From: an uncultured delta proteobacterium | GTDB lineage: Bacteria; Myxococcota; Myxococcia; Myxococcales; Anaeromyxobacteraceae | Length of the DNA: 64,000 nucleotides | Direction: 5' to 3' | NCBI GenBank assembly: GCA_963814585.1 | Contig: CAWFDF010000014.1 | Coordinates: forward strand, 192,001 to 256,000 | In this document: piece by piece, positions 59,395 through 64,000 of the stretch | Position numbering within the stretch: position 1 is the stretch's first letter | Layout: every line of letters begins with the position of its first letter | The notes under the pieces: model-generated | Database searches by the model: none | What the model was told of the DNA's origin: nothing | What the model saw: the letters and a program-made list of their open reading frames with translations, nothing else | Program-made: the position numbers and the translations under genes

Positions 59395-59876
59395 CCCTTC
59401 AGCAGCTTCACGATGTCCGCCTCGAGCTTCTCGGGCGGGGTGGCCGGGGCGAACCGCTCCACCACCCGACCCTCCCGATCGAGGAGGAACTTGGTGAAGT
59501 TCCACTTGATGGCCTGGCCGAGCAGGCCCGGCGCCGATCGCTTGAGGAAGTCGAAGACCGGGTGCGCCCCGGCCCCGTTCACCTCGATCTTCCTGAAGAG
59601 CGGGAAGGTGACGCCGAAGTTCCGCTCGCAGAAGGCCGCGATCTCGGCGTCGCTGCCCGGCTCCTGGTGGCCGAACTGGTCGCAGGGGAAGCCGAGGATC
59701 TCCAGCCCCGCGGCCCGGTGGCGCTCATAGAGGGCCTGCAGCCCCTGGTACTGGGGCGTGAAGCCGCACTTGCTGGCGGTGTTGACCACCAGCAGCACCT
59801 TGCCCCGGTAGTCGGAGAGCGGCTGCTCCTTCCCGTCGTTCCGGGTGGCAGCCAGATCGTGGATGGTGTCGGACAT
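59391..59876 (-). CDS. Glutathione peroxidase family protein (Cys type)
   Basis: VNTASKCGFTPQY, LGFPCDQFG.QEPG, IKWNFTKFL. Confidence 0.95.
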   Translation of the reverse strand: MSDTIHDLAATRNDGKEQPLSDYRGKVLLVVNTASKCGFTPQYQGLQALYERHRAAGLEILGFPCDQFGHQEPGSDAEIAAFCERNFGVTFPLFRKIEVNGAGAHPVFDFLKRSAPGLLGQAIKWNFTKFLLDREGRVVERFAPATPPEKLEADIVKLLKG

Positions 59877-59903
59877 GATGGATCTCCCTGGTTCGCCGCG
59901 TCC

Positions 59904-61272
59904 TCATAACCGACGGCCGGGCCCGGCGCCGCCCTGGATGCCCAGCGCCATCCCCTGCTTTCGCACCACCTCGCGGCGGAACAGCCCGTTGTATCCCCAG
60001 TAGAGGGCCATGCGAAGCGGCGTGCGCAGGTTGGTGCGCGGCTCGAGGAAGCGGCGCACCCGGGAGCCCAGGCCGTTGAAGCGGGACCGCGCCTCCCAGG
60101 CAGACCTCGGTCAGCTGCTGCGGCGTCATGCGGGCCGGCACGAAGGTGGCGTGGTTGAAGCGGAAGTCGGGGTGGAGCCACCAGCGGCCGCCGAAGAGGA
60201 GCCGCCCTTCCTCCGCCAGCCGCCGGTAGAGGGGCGTCCCGGGGTACGGGACGAGGGTGTTGAAGGCGGCGAAGGTGAACTTCTGCGCCAGGGCGAAGTC
60301 CACCAGCTCGCGCACCGAGTCCACCGTGTCCTCGTCGTGACCGATGGTGAAAGCAGCCCAGGTCTGCAGGCCGTGGTGGCGCAGCACCTCCACGGCCTCG
60401 CGGTAGCCGTGGCCGCCGGCGGCCAGGTTGACCGGCTTCCCCATGCCGCGCAGGGTCTGCGGGGCCAGGCTCTCGAAGCCGATGACGTGGCCCAGGCACC
60501 CGCTGCGGGCCATCAGGTCCATCAGCTCCTGGTCCTCGGTCATGTCGACGCTGCCCTGGCTCACCCAGCGCAGCTTGAGCGGGATGAGGGCGCGGAAGAG
60601 CTCCTTGGCGGCGGCCCGGTCGCCCACCACGTTGTCGTCGACGAAGAAGACCATCCTGGCGCGCGCCGCCTGGAGCTCGGCGACGACGTCGGCCACCGGC
60701 CTGGTGTGGACCCGCTGGTGGAAGTAGGCCCCCACCGCGCAGTAGGTGCAGCCGTGCGGACAGCCGCGGGCGAACTGCGCCAGCGTCACCGGCAGGTAGT
60801 CCTTGCCATGGAAGAGGTCGCGGCGCGGCAGCACGCCGCGCTGACCGGCCCCGGCGGGGAAGTCGTAGCGCGGGCGGAGCCGGCCGGCGGCCGCGTCGGC
60901 CACCACCTCGGCCCACCCCCCCTCGGCGTCGCCGGTGTACACCGCGTCGGCGTGCTCGGCCACCTCCTCCGGCGCCAGGGTGGCGTGGAAGCCCCCCATC
61001 ACCACCTTGACGCCGCGGCGCCGGTACTCCGCGGCGATCTGGTAGGCGCGCCGGGCGGTGAAGGTCTCCACCGTGAGGGCCGCCAGGTCGGTGGGCCGGC
61101 CGTAGGGGACCTGCTCCACGCGGTCGTCCACCAGCGCCACCTCCACGCCGGGTGGGGTCAGCGCCGCCAGCACGCCGAGCTGGAGCGGCTCCATGCGGCT
61201 CTCGTCGACGCCGACGCGGTCCGCGGGGTGGCCCAGGTCGGGGCGGATCAACGTGACGTGCATCGGTCTCAT
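59904..61272 (-). CDS. B12-binding radical SAM protein 2; +1 frameshift near 60099
   Basis: MEPLQLGVLAALTP, VVMGGFH, GDAE, RGCPHGCTYC, FVDDN, GFES, PYPGTPLY. The corrected tail RREVVRKQG mirrors the paralog. Start is 61272 or 61263. Confidence 0.85.
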
Positions 61273-62573
61273 CCCCCCAGCGCCCGCCCCTGCTTGCGGC
61301 GGATCTCCCGGCGCGACACCAGGTTGGCCCCCAGGTAGAGGGCGGCGCTGGCCAGCGTCCGGGTGTTGGCCTGGCGATCCAGGGCGCGCCAGGCGATGGA
61401 GCGCCAGCCGGAGAAGCGGCGGCGAGCGCGGTAGATCCCCTCGGCCAGCTGAACCGGCGTCATGCGAGCCGGCACGAACTGGGCCGAGCCGTAACGGTAG
61501 GCCTCGTCGAGCCACCAGGGGTCGCCGAGCAGGCGTCCCTCGGCCTGGAGCCGCTGGTAGAGCGGGGTCCCCGGCGTGGGGGTGAGCGGGTTGAAGTTGG
61601 CCACGAAGAGCCGGTGCTCCAGCGCGAAGGCCAGGGCCGCCTCGATCGCCTCCGGCCCGTCGTGGTCGTAGCCGAACACGAAGGTGCCGTAGACCATGAT
61701 GCCGCGGGCCCGCAACCGGGCGATGCACTCCGCGTAGGAGGGGCCCAGCCGGTTCCAGGACTTGCGCATCTCCCGAAGGCTCTCCGGGTCGAGCGACTCG
61801 AAGCCGAGCAGGACCGTCCCGCAGCCGGCGGCGGCCAGCAGGTCGGCGCTGGACTCGTCGGCCAGGGCGTCGATGGAGATCTGCGCGCCCCAGCGCTTGC
61901 CGGCCGCGGGCAGCGCGGCGAGCAGCGCCAGCGCCGCCGCCGGGTCGGCGAAGAGGTTGTCGTCGACGAAGAAGGCGAACCGCCCCGGCAGCGCCGCCAC
62001 CTCGGCCACCGTCTCCTCCACCGGCCGGTGACGATAGGTGGTGCCGGAGAGGGCGTGGATGGAGCAGAAGTCGCAAGCGTGACGACAGCCTCGCCCGAAC
62101 TGGACCAGCGGCCAGCGCAGGTACCCCTTGCCCGCGAAGAGGGCCCGGTCGACCCGCACCCCCTGCAGCCCGGGCGGCGCCTCGGCCCGGTAGCGCTGCC
62201 GGAGCCTGCCGGCCGCGGCGTCGGCGACCACCTGCGGCCAGAGCGCCTCGGCGTCGCCGATCACCACCGCGTCGGCGTGGCCCGCCGCCTCGTCCGGCAC
62301 CAGGCTGGCGTGGTGGCCGCCCATCACCACCGGCAGGCCGCGCCGGCGGAAGGCGTCGGCCAGCTGGTAGGCGCGCCGGGCCGTGTAGGTCTGGACCGTG
62401 ATGCCGACCAGGTCGGCGTCCGGCGCCGCCGGCAGCGGCTCCACCCGCTCGTCGAGCAGCGTCACCCGGTGGCCGGCCGGGGTCAGCGCCGAGACGATCC
62501 CCAGCGCCAGCGGCGCCATGGCGTCGCCGGCGCGGACGGCCCCGGCATTGGGCTGGACCAGGGCGATCCTCAT
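61269..62573 (-). CDS. B12-binding radical SAM protein 1
   Basis: PLALGIVSALTP, VVMGGHH, GDAE, RGCRHACDFC, FVDDN, GFES, PTPGTPLY. Confidence 0.9.
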   Translation of the reverse strand: MRIALVQPNAGAVRAGDAMAPLALGIVSALTPAGHRVTLLDERVEPLPAAPDADLVGITVQTYTARRAYQLADAFRRRGLPVVMGGHHASLVPDEAAGHADAVVIGDAEALWPQVVADAAAGRLRQRYRAEAPPGLQGVRVDRALFAGKGYLRWPLVQFGRGCRHACDFCSIHALSGTTYRHRPVEETVAEVAALPGRFAFFVDDNLFADPAAALALLAALPAAGKRWGAQISIDALADESSADLLAAAGCGTVLLGFESLDPESLREMRKSWNRLGPSYAECIARLRARGIMVYGTFVFGYDHDGPEAIEAALAFALEHRLFVANFNPLTPTPGTPLYQRLQAEGRLLGDPWWLDEAYRYGSAQFVPARMTPVQLAEGIYRARRRFSGWRSIAWRALDRQANTRTLASAALYLGANLVSRREIRRKQGRALGG

Positions 62574-64000
62574 CGACTCGGCTCCGCACCCGCTGGGGCC
62601 CGCCCCAGCAGCGCCCCGAAGATCCAGACGTCGCCCACCACCGCCGCCAGGAGGCCTCCGGCCAGGAGGAGCCCCAGCTGCCGCGGCGGCACGAAGCTGG
62701 AGCCCAGGAAGACCAGGGCCCCCAGCGCCATCACCACCGCCACCAGGAGGGAGGCCCCGCCGCGTCGCTCGATCCCCTGGCTGGCCCCGCCGCCGGTGCA
62801 GGCGAACTGCACCGCGTTGTCACCGGTCAGCCCCACCAGCACGCTGGCGAAGGCCACGCTGAGGAAGTTGACGGGGAACCGCGCCACCCACATGGCCAGC
62901 AGCGTCACCGCCGGACCCCAGGCCGAGGCGAGTGCTGCCCGCACTCCCCAGCCCAGCCCCAGCCCCCGGTAGACCAGCACGATCACCAGCGCCACCAGCG
63001 CCAGGCAGGTGAGCAGGCTGTCCATCAAGGTCCTGGGCACGATGTCGCCGACGTCGGCATAGGTGATCAGCTCCCCGGCCGGGTAGCCGTCGCCGTCCGG
63101 CCAGCGGGTGGTGGCCCACCCGCGCAGGCGCAGCAGCGTGGGGAGCCCGACGTCGCCGACCAGCACGCTGGCCCGCAGCCGCCCGCCTGGCGCCTGCAGC
63201 GCACCGCTCCCGGCCGCCAGCTTGCCACGCTCCGCCGCCAGCTCGAAGAGCGCCAGGGCGTCTCCTCCGGTCAAGTCGGCCAGCACCGTGGCCGGATCGA
63301 GCACCTGGACCACCCCGGACTGCCGGCGAAGGTCGGCGACCGCCGCCGCCACCTCGGCCATGGAGGCGTCCTCGGGGAAGACCACGTAGAGCTGCCCGAT
63401 CCAGCCACGGGTCCGCGCCGAGTAGTCGAGCGCCTGGCGGAATGGGTGGCCGGCGTCGAACATGGCCACCGGGGTGTCGGCGTACTCCAGGTCGCCCGCG
63501 GCCAGCCCGCCGGCGACGAGGAGGAGCAGGAGCGCCCAGGCGGCCCGCCGCGGCATCCGCCGGGTGAGGAGGCGGGCCGGCAGCCGCGTCCCCAGGGCCT
63601 GCGCCGGCGCGGTCCAGGTGCGCAGCCGCGGCCACAGCTGCAGCAGCGCCGGCAGCACCAGGAAGGTGGCGGCCCACTCCAGGAGCGCCCCCAGCCCGCC
63701 CCACAGCCCGAAGCGGCGGACCACCGCCAGCTCCGAGACCCCCAGGCTGGCGAAGCCGATCACGGTGGTCAGCGACGTGAGGAAGCCAGGGAGGAGGAGC
63801 CGGCGGAACGCCCTTCGCCAGGAGGCCCCTCGAGCCAGCTGCTCCCAGGAGATGAAGACGAAGTCCTCCACCGCCGCCACCGAGAGCATGAGGAAGAGGC
63901 CGATCGAGAGCAGGTCGAGCGGCGCGCCGCTGGCCGCCATGCCGCCGTAGACGGCCGCCCCGGCCCAACCCACCACCAGCACCAGCAGCAGGCCGCCCCG
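62570..64000 (-). CDS. MMPL/RND-family lipid exporter, 5' end outside the window
   Basis: Two TM clusters with LTSLTTVIGFASL.VS...VRRFG and GLTGDNAVQF; frame open to the window edge. Confidence 0.75.
   Translation of the reverse strand, partial: RGGLLLVLVVGWAGAAVYGGMAASGAPLDLLSIGLFLMLSVAAVEDFVFISWEQLARGASWRRAFRRLLLPGFLTSLTTVIGFASLGVSELAVVRRFGLWGGLGALLEWAATFLVLPALLQLWPRLRTWTAPAQALGTRLPARLLTRRMPRRAAWALLLLLVAGGLAAGDLEYADTPVAMFDAGHPFRQALDYSARTRGWIGQLYVVFPEDASMAEVAAAVADLRRQSGVVQVLDPATVLADLTGGDALALFELAAERGKLAAGSGALQAPGGRLRASVLVGDVGLPTLLRLRGWATTRWPDGDGYPAGELITYADVGDIVPRTLMDSLLTCLALVALVIVLVYRGLGLGWGVRAALASAWGPAVTLLAMWVARFPVNFLSVAFASVLVGLTGDNAVQFACTGGGASQGIERRGGASLLVAVVMALGALVFLGSSFVPPRQLGLLLAGGLLAAVVGDVWIFGALLGRAPAGAEPSR

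Noticed and set aside
59725..62589. 954-aa radical SAM ORF
   Set aside because: Off-frame shadow of paralog 1 joined to paralog 2, with a frameshifted tail.

Overview
This is a very GC-rich bacterial chromosomal segment. Gene content (multiheme cytochromes, a TonB-dependent receptor with a fused TonB-C domain, an M2 peptidase) suggests an Anaeromyxobacter-like member of Myxococcota; that assignment is inference. About 50 genes are supported: housekeeping and metabolic genes (purU, pgm, thiD, upp/uraA, class I fumarase, pepD, FKBP, glutathione peroxidase, ABC-F/Uup), three efflux or export operons, and an ExbB-ExbD-TonB-receptor-lipoprotein operon. I found no rRNA, tRNA, CRISPR array or transposase. 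Most notable: (1) a stand-alone 1235-aa lipoprotein cytochrome with 29 CXXCH motifs; (2) a coupled operon of an MMPL transporter, two B12-binding radical SAM enzymes, a peroxidase and a serine hydrolase; (3) a ~180-bp MITE-like family with 20-bp terminal inverted repeats, present as full, decayed and collapsed copies next to TAG; (4) a 60-bp palindromic in-frame insertion inside the ABC-F gene; (5) two tandem arrays that copy a gene's own stop-codon region; (6) a recurrent TGAC-N5-GTCA-like intergenic motif. Seven single-base indels, six of them within 55.5-60.1 kb, break five genes and look like assembly errors. All family calls come from motif recognition by eye, not from database searches.
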